A stretch of DNA of 64,000 nt, from positions 1 through 64,000 of the IMG/VR virus record IMGVR_UViG_3300025929_000013. The stretch is one strand, 5' to 3'. Shown in pieces: positions 37,210-47,533 of the stretch (the first letter of the stretch is position 1; each line of letters opens with the position of its first letter). The position numbers were made by a program, and so were the translations under genes. Under the pieces are notes generated by a model that made no database searches, was not told the origin of the DNA, and saw only the letters and a list, made by a program, of their open reading frames with translations. Source of the stretch: a virus.

Positions 37210-39480
37210 TTAGGCGGTCTTCGCGGTGCGCCCGCCGAGCAGGGCGATGGTGTTGCTGGCGCTGGCCGCGCTCCAGGTGAACGCGATGGCCAGGGTGCGC
37301 GCGACGTTGGAGACCACGGTGATCGGGCCGGTGGCGGTGGCGATGTAGCTCTGGGCGGAGCCGGTGGTGGTGTTGGTCACCAGGCGCAGGATGAAGGTGG
37401 CCAGGACCGAGGTGGGGGAGCGGAAGTTGAGCAGCAGCTCGTATTCGTAGGGGGCGTTGGTGATGCCGCTGGTGGCGGTGATCGCGGGGATGGACACCAG
37501 TCCGGTCGCCGCCCAGAAGACCGCGAACGCCAGGGTGGGGGTGCCGGTGACGCTGTAGACGCCGTTGCCCTTCATGACGTAGACCGAGCCGTTGTAGGGC
37601 TCGTTCGCAGGCACGGTGTAGGAGTGCAGCGTCGTGGTGGTGGTGGTGTTGGAGATCGTGGCGGTGGAGTTGACGGGGGCGTTGTCGTTGAGGTTCGGGG
37701 TGTTGCCCGCGTAGAGGGTGCCGGTGTTCGCCTGCGCGTTGGTGACCTGGACGGCGCCGGTCTGGGTGCCGTAGTTGATCAGGGCGCCGGTGGGGGCGGT
37801 GCCCCAGGTGCCGGTGATGTTCTGGGCGACGACGGTGTTGCCGGAGGTGGGGGCGTTGATCGTGATGCCGTTGGCGACCGTGGCGGTGCCGCCGTTGGAC
37901 AGGGTGACGTCGTCCAGGGTGCCGAACTGGGGGCCGAAGACGATCAGGTCCTGGGCGGTGGAGTAGCCGCCGGTGAATCCGCCGCTGTAGCAGTACAGGT
38001 GCTTGGCATAGACGTCGCGGCTGTTGGCGTCCACGCTCAGGTGGGGGCCGCCGTTGATGTTCGAGGACTCCATCTTGCAGTCGGTGATGAAGATGGAGTT
38101 GGGTCCGGCGCTGTTGCCCAGGCCCTGGGCGACCCAGACGGCGCCGGTATGAAATGCCTCCAGGCGGCATCCGTGCAGGTAGAAATTGTTCACGGTGTCG
38201 GTGGAGTTGCCGAAGCCGGAAGCGGCGGCGCTGTTGCGCAGGTAGAAGACCGGGGTGCTCGCGTTCGCCGTGGTGGAGCCGCAGCTCTCGGCCACGATGT
38301 TGTACGCCCGTGAATCCCAGCACTCCGCGGTGTCGCAGACGATGTCCAAGTTGGAGGTGACGAACACGTCGCGCAGCAAGATGTTGTCGGCGTAGTAGCA
38401 CTGGAAGACCAGGCCGCTCTGCCCGTTGCCGTTGACGCCAAGGGATTCCACGGTGCAGTAGCGGCAGTGGGTGGCGCCGGTCAGGTCGGATGCGGGGCCG
38501 GAGAGCTGGATGAGGGCTCCGTTGGCGGTCTTTTTCAGCGTCGAGGCGCGCGCGCCCGCGCCGACCAGGCGCACGCCGGTCATCCCGAGCAGGGAGATGC
38601 CGACCGAGGGGCTGCCGGTGGGGGTGACGACGTAGATCCCCTCTGGGAAATAGACCACACCGCCGCCCGCGGTGTGGCAGGCGTTGATCGCGGCCTGGAT
38701 CGCGGCGGTGTCGTCGGTCGAGCCGTCGCCCTTGGCGCCGTAGACCTTGACGTTGAACCAGTCGCTCACCCCGCGCGCGCTGACGGTCGCCGTGGAGGGG
38801 ATCGCGATGCCGCCGGTGAAGGTCTTCAGGCCCGCCGCGGACTGCGCGCTGGTCAGGTCGAGGAAGTTCTGGGTGGTGCTGCCGGTGCCGCCGTTGGCCA
38901 GGGACAGCGGGACGCTCGCGGTGGCCAGGGCGCTCAGCCCCAGGTTGGTGCGGGCGGTCGCCGCGGTGGCAGTGAGTTCGCTCAGGTCGTTGGCGGTGAG
39001 CAGGAAGTTCGGGGCGGTAAGGCCGCCGCTGAACGTCACCGCGCCGGAGAAGGTGTTGATTCCCGTCCAGGTGTTGTTCAGCGCCAGGCCGCCGTAGCCG
39101 GGCGCGACGATTCCCGAGGGGATCACGGCGGGGGAGCCGTCGAGGTTGGGGACGGGGGTGAGGCTGGAGAGGTCCGCGGTCATACCGAGGCTGTGCGGGA
39201 CGTAGATCGGGTAGGTGCGGGTGCCGCGGATGTTCTCGATGACCGTGTAGTACCAGCCCACCGGTAGCAGGGCACTGTTGTCGGTGCATATCAGGGTCAC
39301 GCTGAAATGTCCGCTTGAGTCCAGCGTCGCGGTGACCGGCGTCGCGTACATGATCGCGTTGGCCGGGTCCACGAGCTCGGGCGGCGGGGTGAAGCTGATG
39401 TTCCCGCTCAGGGCCACGCCAGTGGAGTCCAGAAAAGTCCCGGTCAGGGTGATCGTGTTGATATTGCTGGGCAGCGGCAT
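37210..39480 (-). CDS. tailspike/depolymerase-like protein (pectate lyase 3-type beta helix)
   Basis: FNVKVYGAKGDGSTDDTAAIQAAIN...VYFPEG.Y; shared N-terminal MPLP domain; T/G/N-rich. Confidence 0.8.
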   Translation of the reverse strand: MPLPSNINTITLTGTFLDSTGVALSGNISFTPPPELVDPANAIMYATPVTATLDSSGHFSVTLICTDNSALLPVGWYYTVIENIRGTRTYPIYVPHSLGMTADLSSLTPVPNLDGSPAVIPSGIVAPGYGGLALNNTWTGINTFSGAVTFSGGLTAPNFLLTANDLSELTATAATARTNLGLSALATASVPLSLANGGTGSTTQNFLDLTSAQSAAGLKTFTGGIAIPSTATVSARGVSDWFNVKVYGAKGDGSTDDTAAIQAAINACHTAGGGVVYFPEGIYVVTPTGSPSVGISLLGMTGVRLVGAGARASTLKKTANGALIQLSGPASDLTGATHCRYCTVESLGVNGNGQSGLVFQCYYADNILLRDVFVTSNLDIVCDTAECWDSRAYNIVAESCGSTTANASTPVFYLRNSAAASGFGNSTDTVNNFYLHGCRLEAFHTGAVWVAQGLGNSAGPNSIFITDCKMESSNINGGPHLSVDANSRDVYAKHLYCYSGGFTGGYSTAQDLIVFGPQFGTLDDVTLSNGGTATVANGITINAPTSGNTVVAQNITGTWGTAPTGALINYGTQTGAVQVTNAQANTGTLYAGNTPNLNDNAPVNSTATISNTTTTTTLHSYTVPANEPYNGSVYVMKGNGVYSVTGTPTLAFAVFWAATGLVSIPAITATSGITNAPYEYELLLNFRSPTSVLATFILRLVTNTTTGSAQSYIATATGPITVVSNVARTLAIAFTWSAASASNTIALLGGRTAKTA

Positions 39481-39538
39481 GAACGGCCTCCTCGCCTACA
39501 CAGCAAGCCTAGAATCTCAAGACCTTCCTATATGAGGG

Positions 39539-41707
39539 TCAGCCGCCGAGCGTCGTCCAGGACCAGGAGGGGGCCACCGAGTAGGTCAGGGTGATCGTCT
39601 TGCCCGAGGGCACGATGAACGTCCCCGAGGTCAGCAGCTTGTTCGCGCCGTCGATCGCGATCTGGGTGACGGTGCCGCCCGCGACCGTGACCTCCGCGTG
39701 GCGCCAGAAGGGGTTCTGCAACGGGGTGCCGCTGGAGGGAATCGCCGGGGCGGTCACGGCGCCGATCGCCATGTCGAGGTTGATGACCTCCAGGCCCAGC
39801 GGCCCGTTGGCCACCAGGACCGAGGTCGGGTCGGTGGAGAGCGCGGCGGCCAGGGAGTTGCCGTCGCCGCCGTTGGAGCCGAGCCCGATGCGCCCGATGC
39901 TGGGGGTGGCACCCACGTCGTGGATGATGTGGCCGCCACCCCACTCGATGTCGCAGACGTCGATGTTCAATTTGTTCATGGCCCCGGCCAGGACGATCGG
40001 CTGCTGACAGCCCTCGATGGAGAGGTAACTGAAGTGGCTTCGGTGGGGGAAGCCGCTGGAGGACCAGGACACCAGGCCGTCGAAGCAGTCGATGATGCGC
40101 ACGCTTTCGGCCTGGACGTGCTCATAGACGATCAGGCCATAGACCATGCCCTCGACGCTGAAATAGCCGATGTTGCAGTTGTCATTGTTATTAGCTACGG
40201 GCATTGCCAAACCGAAAGACCAGTTCGCGGGCGGCACGGCGGGAGCACCGGTGACCAATGAAGTGGCCAGGACACCGGCGTTAGGGACGTTGGCCTCGCC
40301 GATGCAGCGGAAGTCGAACCCGCAGCAGTTGAAGTCAGAGATCTCCACGCCGATGCCGTCCACGACCACGAGCAGGTTGTCCCAGGTGGAAGGCGGGTCG
40401 CCCTTGTAGTGGAACGTCGGGCCGCCGATCACGGATACCTCGCCGCTGACGGGGATCGTGTCGCCCGCGTTGTACGTACTGCGCAGCACGGTACCGGCGC
40501 GCTGCGGGGTGGTCTGGTGCCAGTGGTACAAAGCTGTCTGGTCGGTGGTGCCCTGGAAGACCAGGATCCCCTTCTGGGCCGTCTCCGCGATCACCGGCAG
40601 GGGGATCAGGGCATTGCCCTGGGTGGCGCCGCCGGTGGTGGGGTTGCCCGCCAGCAGATAGGTCTTCGGATCGAACAACACCTTGGCGTATCCGTGGGCG
40701 GACAGGTAGGTGCCCGCGGCGGTGACGGCGGCGTTGATCGCGGCGGTGTCGTCGGTCGTGTTGTCCCCGGCGGCGCCGTAGTCGGCGACGTGGAATTCCC
40801 AGGGCTGGTGGGGGTGGCGGTGCCCGGCGTCGGCGAGCTTGTTGACGGCCCCGGCCGCGGGTGTGCCGGTGGGCTGGAAATCGGCGGCGGTGGCGTCGAC
40901 ATCCAGGACCGCGCTCGTCCCGAGACCCAGCTGGGTGCGCGCGCCCGCGGCGGTCGCGGCGTTGGTGCCGCCCTGCGCGAGAGGCAGCGGGGAGCCGAGG
41001 TGGGTGGCGGTGACGGTGGGGCTGCCCAGGGTGCCGCCCAGATCCCCGCCGATCTGCACGCCGCCGGTGGTGGGCGTCGCCCAGGTGGCCGCACTGGTGG
41101 AGGTGGCGGTGAGGACCTGTCCGGTGGCCGGGGTGCCGGAGACGGCGACGCCCTTGACGGCGGAGACCGTGGGGCCGGGGTAGGTGCCGCTCAGATCGCC
41201 GCTGGCGCTTGATCCGGTGGCCAGGTACCCGGACAGCGTGACGGGTCCTGAGAAGACCGTGGTGCCGGTGTAGGTGTTGCTGCCGGACCAGGTCTGGCTG
41301 TAGGCCAGGCCCCCGTATCCCGGCGCGACGACGCCGGACGGGATGATCGCGGGCACGCCGGTGACCGAGGGGATCGGGGTGACGGTGGAGAAGTCGACGC
41401 TGCTGCCCAGGGTGTGCGGCAGGAAGACCTGGTAGATGCGGGGCGCGGCGCCCGCGATGCGCTCGGTCACCGTGTAGGACCAGCCCACCGGGACCAGCGG
41501 CGGATTATCCGTGCACACCAGGGAGACGGAGAACGAGCCGGTCGAGTCCAGGTTCGCGCTGACCGGGCGCGAATAGATCACCGAGCTGCCCGGGTCGACC
41601 AGCACCGGCGGCGGCGCGAAGGTGATCGAGCCCTGCGAGGGGTTGTCGAAGCTGTCCAGGAACGTTCCGTGGACGGTGATGTAGACGATCCCCCCGGGCA
41701 GCGGCAT
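39539..41707 (-). CDS. tailspike/depolymerase-like protein 2
   Basis: FHVADYGAAGDNTTDDTAAINAA; same N-terminal domain; GDLSGTYP.PTV fiber repeats. Confidence 0.8.
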   Translation of the reverse strand: MPLPGGIVYITVHGTFLDSFDNPSQGSITFAPPPVLVDPGSSVIYSRPVSANLDSTGSFSVSLVCTDNPPLVPVGWSYTVTERIAGAAPRIYQVFLPHTLGSSVDFSTVTPIPSVTGVPAIIPSGVVAPGYGGLAYSQTWSGSNTYTGTTVFSGPVTLSGYLATGSSASGDLSGTYPGPTVSAVKGVAVSGTPATGQVLTATSTSAATWATPTTGGVQIGGDLGGTLGSPTVTATHLGSPLPLAQGGTNAATAAGARTQLGLGTSAVLDVDATAADFQPTGTPAAGAVNKLADAGHRHPHQPWEFHVADYGAAGDNTTDDTAAINAAVTAAGTYLSAHGYAKVLFDPKTYLLAGNPTTGGATQGNALIPLPVIAETAQKGILVFQGTTDQTALYHWHQTTPQRAGTVLRSTYNAGDTIPVSGEVSVIGGPTFHYKGDPPSTWDNLLVVVDGIGVEISDFNCCGFDFRCIGEANVPNAGVLATSLVTGAPAVPPANWSFGLAMPVANNNDNCNIGYFSVEGMVYGLIVYEHVQAESVRIIDCFDGLVSWSSSGFPHRSHFSYLSIEGCQQPIVLAGAMNKLNIDVCDIEWGGGHIIHDVGATPSIGRIGLGSNGGDGNSLAAALSTDPTSVLVANGPLGLEVINLDMAIGAVTAPAIPSSGTPLQNPFWRHAEVTVAGGTVTQIAIDGANKLLTSGTFIVPSGKTITLTYSVAPSWSWTTLGG

Positions 41708-41711
41708 GGCG

Positions 41712-42056
41712 CTAGACCTGCGAGGCCGGGGCGATGGTGGACAGGTCCACCGTGGAGCCGAGGGTGTGCGGCAGAGTCAGCGGGTAGCTTCTCAGGCCCC
41801 GGACATTCTCTGTGACGATGTACACCCAGCCCTGCGGCGCCAGGTTCGCGTTGTCCGTACATGGAAGTACGACGCTGAAGTGGCCGTTGGAGTCGAGCTG
41901 CTCGGTGATGGGGCCGGGCGAGAGGAACGTGGTCCCGGCGACGTCGATCAGCTCGGCGGGGGGTGTGAAGGTGACGCTGCCGGACATCGCGACGCCGTTG
42001 AAATCAACGTACGTGCCGGTGACCGTGATCGTGTTGATGTTGCCGGGAAGCGGCAT
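41712..42056 (-). CDS. stand-alone copy of the tailspike N-terminal domain
   Basis: MPLPGNINTITVTGT...FTPP..L.D...LDS.GHFSV.L.CTDN..L.P.GW.Y.V.E. Confidence 0.8.
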   Translation of the reverse strand: MPLPGNINTITVTGTYVDFNGVAMSGSVTFTPPAELIDVAGTTFLSPGPITEQLDSNGHFSVVLPCTDNANLAPQGWVYIVTENVRGLRSYPLTLPHTLGSTVDLSTIAPASQV

Positions 42057-42197
42057 GGCCATGCCCTCTCGCCTGTGATCGCTACGTCAACCGTAGAATC
42101 ACAAGTGCTTACAATGAGAGGGCTCCGGGCGGAGACGACGAAGCCCCCCGCTACCCGGGTGGATCGGGCGGCAGGGGGGCCTCAGTGCGTTACAGCG

Positions 42198-42395
42198 CTA
42201 CAGCTGCACGGGGATCCATTCGCCGGTGCGCGCCGCGTCAAGAGCCGCTTCCCACTCGCGGCGGGTGAACTTGAGCACGGGGCCGTGGGGGTCCTTGGTG
42301 TCGCAGACCTCGAAACCGTCGGGCGTCTCGCGCACCGCTACGCAGTCGCCACCGTTGTCACCGCTCTTGGCGGGTTTCATCCATTGGCCTTGCAT
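42198..42395 (-). CDS. DUF397 family protein
   Basis: W.K..S...GGDCVAV...V.DTKDP.GPVL.F...EW. Confidence 0.88.
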   Translation of the reverse strand: MQGQWMKPAKSGDNGGDCVAVRETPDGFEVCDTKDPHGPVLKFTRREWEAALDAARTGEWIPVQL

Positions 42396-43243
42396 CAGTT
42401 GGCCGTCTCCTTGATCCGTCGTTCGATGAACTTGAGTGATTCCGCTTCGGACAGCGCCTCCTGAGTGACCCTGCCGATCACGCGCCTGGCCTGGGTGACC
42501 TCCAAATCTCCGTCATGCTTGATGTACCCGAATGTCGTCTCGGTGTACACGACCGCGGGGCCGCCGCTGTGGAATTCGAGGAGCTGCACCTGCCAGAACA
42601 CCACCGGTGTGTCGAGCGTGACCACCCGGATGCTGACGTTGGGCAGCTCGACCACCTCCCGCAGGTACTTGAGCTGCGTGTGGAACACCGGCTGGCCGCC
42701 GTACGGCTTGCGCAGTGCGGCCTCTCCGATGACGGCTCGCAGCTCCAATGGCTCCGGCTCGGTGAGCCTGCGCTGCCGCAGCATGCGCACGGTGATCAGT
42801 GCCTGGACGCGGTCCGGATCGGTGACCATGGCGCTGCCCGCGTAGAGGCCGCGCGCATAGTCCGTTGTCTGGAGCTGGCCCGGGATGAGAACCGGCTGGA
42901 TCGTACTCAGGCGCTGTGCTTCGTTCTCGTAGCCGATGTACTCCTGGTGCCGGGCCCCGATCTCCCCGCCGAAGCGTTCCCACCAGGCGTCCGTACGCGT
43001 GGCGATCGCCATCTCGCACAGGCGCTCGGTCTCCACTTGCGCAACCCCGTAGAGCGCACACAGCTTTACCACGTCCCGAGGCTCGACCTGAACCTCGCCG
43101 CGCTCGATGCGTTGCAGCTTCACCCTTCCGAACCCGACAATATTGGCCGCCGCCTCGATCGACAGGTTGTCCGGGTGCTGCTTGCGCAGCTCGACAAGCC
43201 GCCTGGCGACCTGCTCTTGCGTCCACGAAGCGCTAAAGGCCAT
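42395..43243 (-). CDS. Xre-family HTH regulator with DUF5753-like domain (WhiJ/Scr1-like)
   Basis: HTH KLQRIERG; WW; E.EA; IPGQLQT.DYAR; LRRQ.RL; EAALR. Confidence 0.88.
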   Translation of the reverse strand: MAFSASWTQEQVARRLVELRKQHPDNLSIEAAANIVGFGRVKLQRIERGEVQVEPRDVVKLCALYGVAQVETERLCEMAIATRTDAWWERFGGEIGARHQEYIGYENEAQRLSTIQPVLIPGQLQTTDYARGLYAGSAMVTDPDRVQALITVRMLRQRRLTEPEPLELRAVIGEAALRKPYGGQPVFHTQLKYLREVVELPNVSIRVVTLDTPVVFWQVQLLEFHSGGPAVVYTETTFGYIKHDGDLEVTQARRVIGRVTQEALSEAESLKFIERRIKETAN

Positions 43244-43469
43244 GTGGCCTCCCTTCCCGAGAACATCATGCCCGGTGGAAGCGCGCTGTGTTGGTAACGA
43301 ATGTATTACGACGCGAACTAGTTCTTGCACATGTTCTGCGACAGGGCCACTCTCGTCTTAGCAGCTGACGGTGAGTCACGAAGTGACAGCTCGTAGCGTA
43401 CAACGTGGACCGCCAGTGCACCCGCAAATGCAGCATCTCGTGCACACCGGCATCCCCTGGGACGAGATC

Positions 43470-43931
43470 ATGAGCGCTGTAACCGTCGTGGAAGCTTTCG
43501 ACACCCGTGTCAGCCGGGCTGACGCCTCCGCAGACATTTCACTCCCCGTACGCCAGAGATCCACCGGCGAGCTGGCCCGGCGTCACACCGAGGCGTGGCT
43601 CGCGGAGTGGGACCTGAGCGAGTGCGCCGACGTCGTCAAGACGATCATCGGCGAACTGATCCAGAACGTGGTCAAACACACCGACAGCGCGCTGGTCACC
43701 GTCGTCCTGGCCTGGCATACAAACGACCACCGCCTATTGATCACAGTCGGCGACACCGGTAGGGCGATGCCCGGGACGCATGGTCCGTGGGTGCGCCGCT
43801 GCGGTGCGACCGCCGAGTTCGGGCGAGGGCTTGCGCTTGTCGCTGACTTAACCGAGCAAGCCTGGTTCAAGGCCAAACCGGACGCCGGGCTCAACCGCTA
43901 TGCCCTGCTCAACCTGGACGGGCCGTCATGA
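43470..43931 (+). CDS. HATPase_c (anti-sigma-like) ATP-binding protein
   Basis: ARR....L..W.L...ELIQNVVKH...V.D...EFGRGL.LV; divergent from the Xre gene. Confidence 0.82.
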   Translation: MSAVTVVEAFDTRVSRADASADISLPVRQRSTGELARRHTEAWLAEWDLSECADVVKTIIGELIQNVVKHTDSALVTVVLAWHTNDHRLLITVGDTGRAMPGTHGPWVRRCGATAEFGRGLALVADLTEQAWFKAKPDAGLNRYALLNLDGPS

Positions 43932-44494
43932 CATCACACGATCACACCGCGTACGACCCCACCGTGCACGACTACGCCGAGCGCGTCTACGACCTCGCGG
44001 AGAAGCTCAAGGCTCTGCGCGACATGTCGCAGAGCTTGGGCGATGAGATGAACGCCAACGCGCGCCAGCAGTCACTGGCACTGCTGCACTCCGCGATAGG
44101 TCCGTGGCTGGACCGGGCGCCCATCGCCCACCTGCTCAACACCGCGTTCGCGATCCTGATCTACGCCGCGCACAACCACGAGCCGCCCGGCCCGGCGACC
44201 CGAGAGGCCGTCAAGTACCTTCAGCGCAACATGCGGGAACTGCCCGACGGTGAGAAACGCATGCTGGGCGTCACGGAGTTCGAAGCGTCGCATCCGGAGC
44301 CCCCGAAGCCGCTCGCGCTCACACCCCGCGGGCTACCGCGCCGCCCGGTACGCAACGCGCTCGAAAACACCGTGGACATCCGAGCGCACGGCGGCCTGCG
44401 TCTCGCACAGCCGGGCGACGCGGGTGACCTCGCGCGATTGGCCGAGGAGATCGACGCGTTCAACGCGATGCCGCCGGTGTCCCGAGCGGGCTAA
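43928..44494 (+). CDS. hypothetical protein
   Basis: ATGA coupling to the ATPase. Confidence 0.65.
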   Translation: MTSHDHTAYDPTVHDYAERVYDLAEKLKALRDMSQSLGDEMNANARQQSLALLHSAIGPWLDRAPIAHLLNTAFAILIYAAHNHEPPGPATREAVKYLQRNMRELPDGEKRMLGVTEFEASHPEPPKPLALTPRGLPRRPVRNALENTVDIRAHGGLRLAQPGDAGDLARLAEEIDAFNAMPPVSRAG

Positions 44495-44748
44495 TCCGCT
44501 CCCCCTAGACCGGGCCCCCTCCCCGCGGTGTGCCGCATCCACGCCGTTGGGGAGGGGAGGCCCACCAAGCCGCCGTCCGCGTATGCTCCCACCCCCTGCT
44601 GCGCGGGCGGCCCCCTTAGACCTCGCCGAGACGATCTCTTCGGCGTTGCCGGGCTTCTTACGCTGATCCGCCCGGTCCGGCCGCCCCGTGTGCTACCACC
44701 AGTTGGCGCACGGGGCGCCTTTTTCATGTCCGGGCGCGCCGAAGATAG

Positions 44749-46224
44749 TTACTCGCTCTCCTCCGGCAGGACCTCGGCGTCCAGGATGCCGAGCTGCTCG
44801 TAGACGGTCGGCACGGGGGGCGGCGGGGCGATCGCGGGGGGCGGGGATCCGAACATGCGCGAGAGGAATCCGGTCTCCGCGCCGCTGGCCGCGCCGCGCT
44901 GGCTGACCTTGATCGTGAAGCCCGAGGTGTTCATGTCGCTGCGCAGCTTCAGCAGCCTGCTGATATTCGCGCGGCCCCGCACCGTGCGGGAGTGGTCGCC
45001 CCCGCCCAGCAGCTCCTCCTCCCAGCGTTCGCGCAGGTAGTCGGCGGTTTCGTGCTCCAGGATCAGCCGCAGCAGGGCGTCGAGCTGCTCCTCGGTGGAC
45101 AGGTCGACCGGCACGTCGTACGCGCAGGCCGCCTTGGGTTCGTACTTGGGGCACACGTCTTTGACGTAGCAGGTGTCGCAGGCTCTTAGGGTGCCGCCGG
45201 TGTTGCGCAGCAGGGGCAGTTCGCGGATCTCGCGGGCGCCGTCCTCGTCGGTGCGCTCGTGCGCGAACTTCTCGACGCCGATGCCGGGAAGCGGCTCGAC
45301 GGGGCGCTGGCGGGGGCCTGTAGTAACTATCGGGTTCCGCGCCCCAGGGGGGTCGATCTCAACATCGTCCGGGTCGTTTTCCGTGTTCTGCCCGCAAGGC
45401 GTTTCGGGGGTGATGGTTACTTTGTTGACGGCTTCGAGCTGCTTGGTCCATGCCCACAGGGATACCTTCAGTACCTCTGCGGTGTCGTCCTCCAGCACGG
45501 CCTGGGCGTCGAAACCGGCCATCTCAATCTCGGTTCGGTGCCGCCGACGCGCGACGTCCTTCTGCCGGGAGTGGTAGCGGCGCAGCTCCCCGCGGCTCCA
45601 CACGACGGTGTCGCCGTATTGCGAGGGGCTGAGCCATGAGGTGGAGTGCACGCTGTACCAGGGGATGGCGGCCATCACCGACGGCTTGGTCATCGCCAGT
45701 CCGAAGAGCTTGACCCCGTCGCGCGCGAGGGAGACCAGGGTGGGGGTGAGGTCTCTGCCTTCGAGTTCGACGGCGGCCAGGGCGATGTTGCGGTGCCGCT
45801 CGGCCATGAGCATCAGCTCGGCGAGCCCGTCCTGGGGGTGCCAGACGGCGACCGCCTTGTCCCCCGCCAGATCCCTCAGGGTGTCGCGGTGGCTCCTAAG
45901 AAGCGCAGGGCCCAGGGCGAGGGCGTCCATCTCCAGGACGTAGTCGACGGCGCCGGTGTTGTAGCCCACGAAGTCCTCGTAGCGCTCCACCAGTTCGCGC
46001 AGCTCGCTCTCGCCGGGGGGCGTGGGGGAGTTGTTGAGGCTGTAGGCGCCGGAGTCCAGCAGGATATTCTGGCCCGCGTCGAAATGCTCTGCGATGAGCC
46101 ACGGCTTGGTGAATTTGACCTTGCGCGCCAGCCCGATGTAGCTCATCGCGACGTCGGGGATTTCCTGGTCGGCCAATAGCCGCCGCCAGGCGGAGACCTC
46201 AGCGCCCGCGAACCAGAGCCTCAT
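44749..46224 (-). CDS. TGT/DpdA-like TIM-barrel protein with C-terminal Cys cluster
   Basis: LLDSGAYS, EMD, VWH, FGLA.T, WYSVHSTSW; CDTC....CP.....AC. Confidence 0.6.
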   Translation of the reverse strand: MRLWFAGAEVSAWRRLLADQEIPDVAMSYIGLARKVKFTKPWLIAEHFDAGQNILLDSGAYSLNNSPTPPGESELRELVERYEDFVGYNTGAVDYVLEMDALALGPALLRSHRDTLRDLAGDKAVAVWHPQDGLAELMLMAERHRNIALAAVELEGRDLTPTLVSLARDGVKLFGLAMTKPSVMAAIPWYSVHSTSWLSPSQYGDTVVWSRGELRRYHSRQKDVARRRHRTEIEMAGFDAQAVLEDDTAEVLKVSLWAWTKQLEAVNKVTITPETPCGQNTENDPDDVEIDPPGARNPIVTTGPRQRPVEPLPGIGVEKFAHERTDEDGAREIRELPLLRNTGGTLRACDTCYVKDVCPKYEPKAACAYDVPVDLSTEEQLDALLRLILEHETADYLRERWEEELLGGGDHSRTVRGRANISRLLKLRSDMNTSGFTIKVSQRGAASGAETGFLSRMFGSPPPAIAPPPPVPTVYEQLGILDAEVLPEESE

Positions 46225-46226
46225 GA

Positions 46227-46646
46227 TCAGTCTCCGGTGGAGGTGCCCAGGATCCGCCACGGCGTGGCTGGCGGCGCCGCGGTGATCCAGAAATTCGTCG
46301 CGATCGTCGGGTTACGCAGCAGCGCCTCCCACGCAGTGACCAGGGCCGTGTTGGAGAGGCTGGTGGCGACTTCGTAGTTCACCCGCGCCTGCTGCGGCGC
46401 AGGAGGGCGCCCCAGCTCGAAGTCGAGGCACCGTTCGAACTCCTCGTTCCATTTCTCCTTGTGTTCGGCCGCCTCGAACGCCTCCGGGTCGGCCAGCGCG
46501 ACGTCGAAGATCGCGGCCAGTTTGCGGGCGACGCAGTCGCAGGCGCAGGTCGCCTCGGTGTACGGGGAGTCGCAGCAGGCGCAGACATCGCCGCAGGTCT
46601 CGACGCCGCGCGCGCAGTCGCAGTCTTCCAGGGTCGTCGCGGTCAT
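46227..46646 (-). CDS. Cys-rich hypothetical protein
   Basis: Multiple Cys at the N-terminus. Confidence 0.55.
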   Translation of the reverse strand: MTATTLEDCDCARGVETCGDVCACCDSPYTEATCACDCVARKLAAIFDVALADPEAFEAAEHKEKWNEEFERCLDFELGRPPAPQQARVNYEVATSLSNTALVTAWEALLRNPTIATNFWITAAPPATPWRILGTSTGD

Positions 46647-47126
46647 CTATTCCTCCGTGGCTTTGGCGGCGCGCGCCATGGCGGACAGGTCGCGCTGGCG
46701 GTCCACCTCAGCCTCCAGCAGGTCCCAGGCGCTCGGGGTGGCGTTGAAGTCCGGGCGCCAGTGCGGGCGGGCGAAGGACGGCGACAGGAACGGCAGCACG
46801 GTGAATCCGTCGGCGAACGCGTGCGCGCAGCGGCGGGTGTCGGCGTCGATGACGAGGTCCAGGACGCCGGTGGTGCGCAGGGCGCCGAGGGTGCGCCGCA
46901 GTGTGCCGTCGCGCTGGTCCAGGCCGTGGATCTGGGTCAGCGTGATGTACCCGGGCAGCGCGTTGTATTTGAGCCAGTCCTCCAGCAGCTTGTCGCGCTG
47001 TTCGCTCAGCAGGTGCAGGCGGTGTTCCACCTCGACCAAGGCCTTATAGAGGCCGGTTCCGGCGGGGATGGGGGCCTCCGACGAGGGCGCCTTCATGACG
47101 CCCTCGACGACCATCGCGATATTCAT
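46647..47126 (-). CDS. hypothetical protein (possible HAD-like fold)
   Basis: IAMVVEGV...GLY..L...LLS...WL...VIDAD pattern. Confidence 0.55.
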   Translation of the reverse strand: MNIAMVVEGVMKAPSSEAPIPAGTGLYKALVEVEHRLHLLSEQRDKLLEDWLKYNALPGYITLTQIHGLDQRDGTLRRTLGALRTTGVLDLVIDADTRRCAHAFADGFTVLPFLSPSFARPHWRPDFNATPSAWDLLEAEVDRQRDLSAMARAAKATEE

Positions 47127-47130
47127 GCGT

Positions 47131-47523
47131 CTAGTTCAGGCCGAGCTCGGTGGCCAGCTGCGCGTCGGCGGCCTGGCGCTGCATGGCGGCGGCGGTCTGC
47201 ATGGAGGTGGCCACGATGCCCTGGATGAGCATGGAGTCGTGGATGCGCTCGCGCACATACCCGCAGGCCATGAGCATTTCCTGGATGCTGGCCGGGTGCT
47301 GCGGGGAGTACTTGGCCAGCGCGGCGAGGTCCTGGATGGCGACGGCGACGCCGGGCTCGGTGACGACGACGAGGAACGCGGTGGGCACGCTCTGCCCGGC
47401 GGGGGTGCCGGTGGACTCGGCCAGCGCCTCCAGGTCGCGCCGGTCGCGCTCGCTCAGGCGCTCGAAGCGGGGGCTGCCGTTGGATCCGCCGCCGAGGGGG
47501 ACGGCGCCCTGGGTGTTGGGCAT
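47131..47523 (-). CDS. hypothetical protein
   Basis: AGGAG RBS. Confidence 0.65.
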   Translation of the reverse strand: MPNTQGAVPLGGGSNGSPRFERLSERDRRDLEALAESTGTPAGQSVPTAFLVVVTEPGVAVAIQDLAALAKYSPQHPASIQEMLMACGYVRERIHDSMLIQGIVATSMQTAAAMQRQAADAQLATELGLN

Positions 47524-47533
47524 GGGGATGCTC

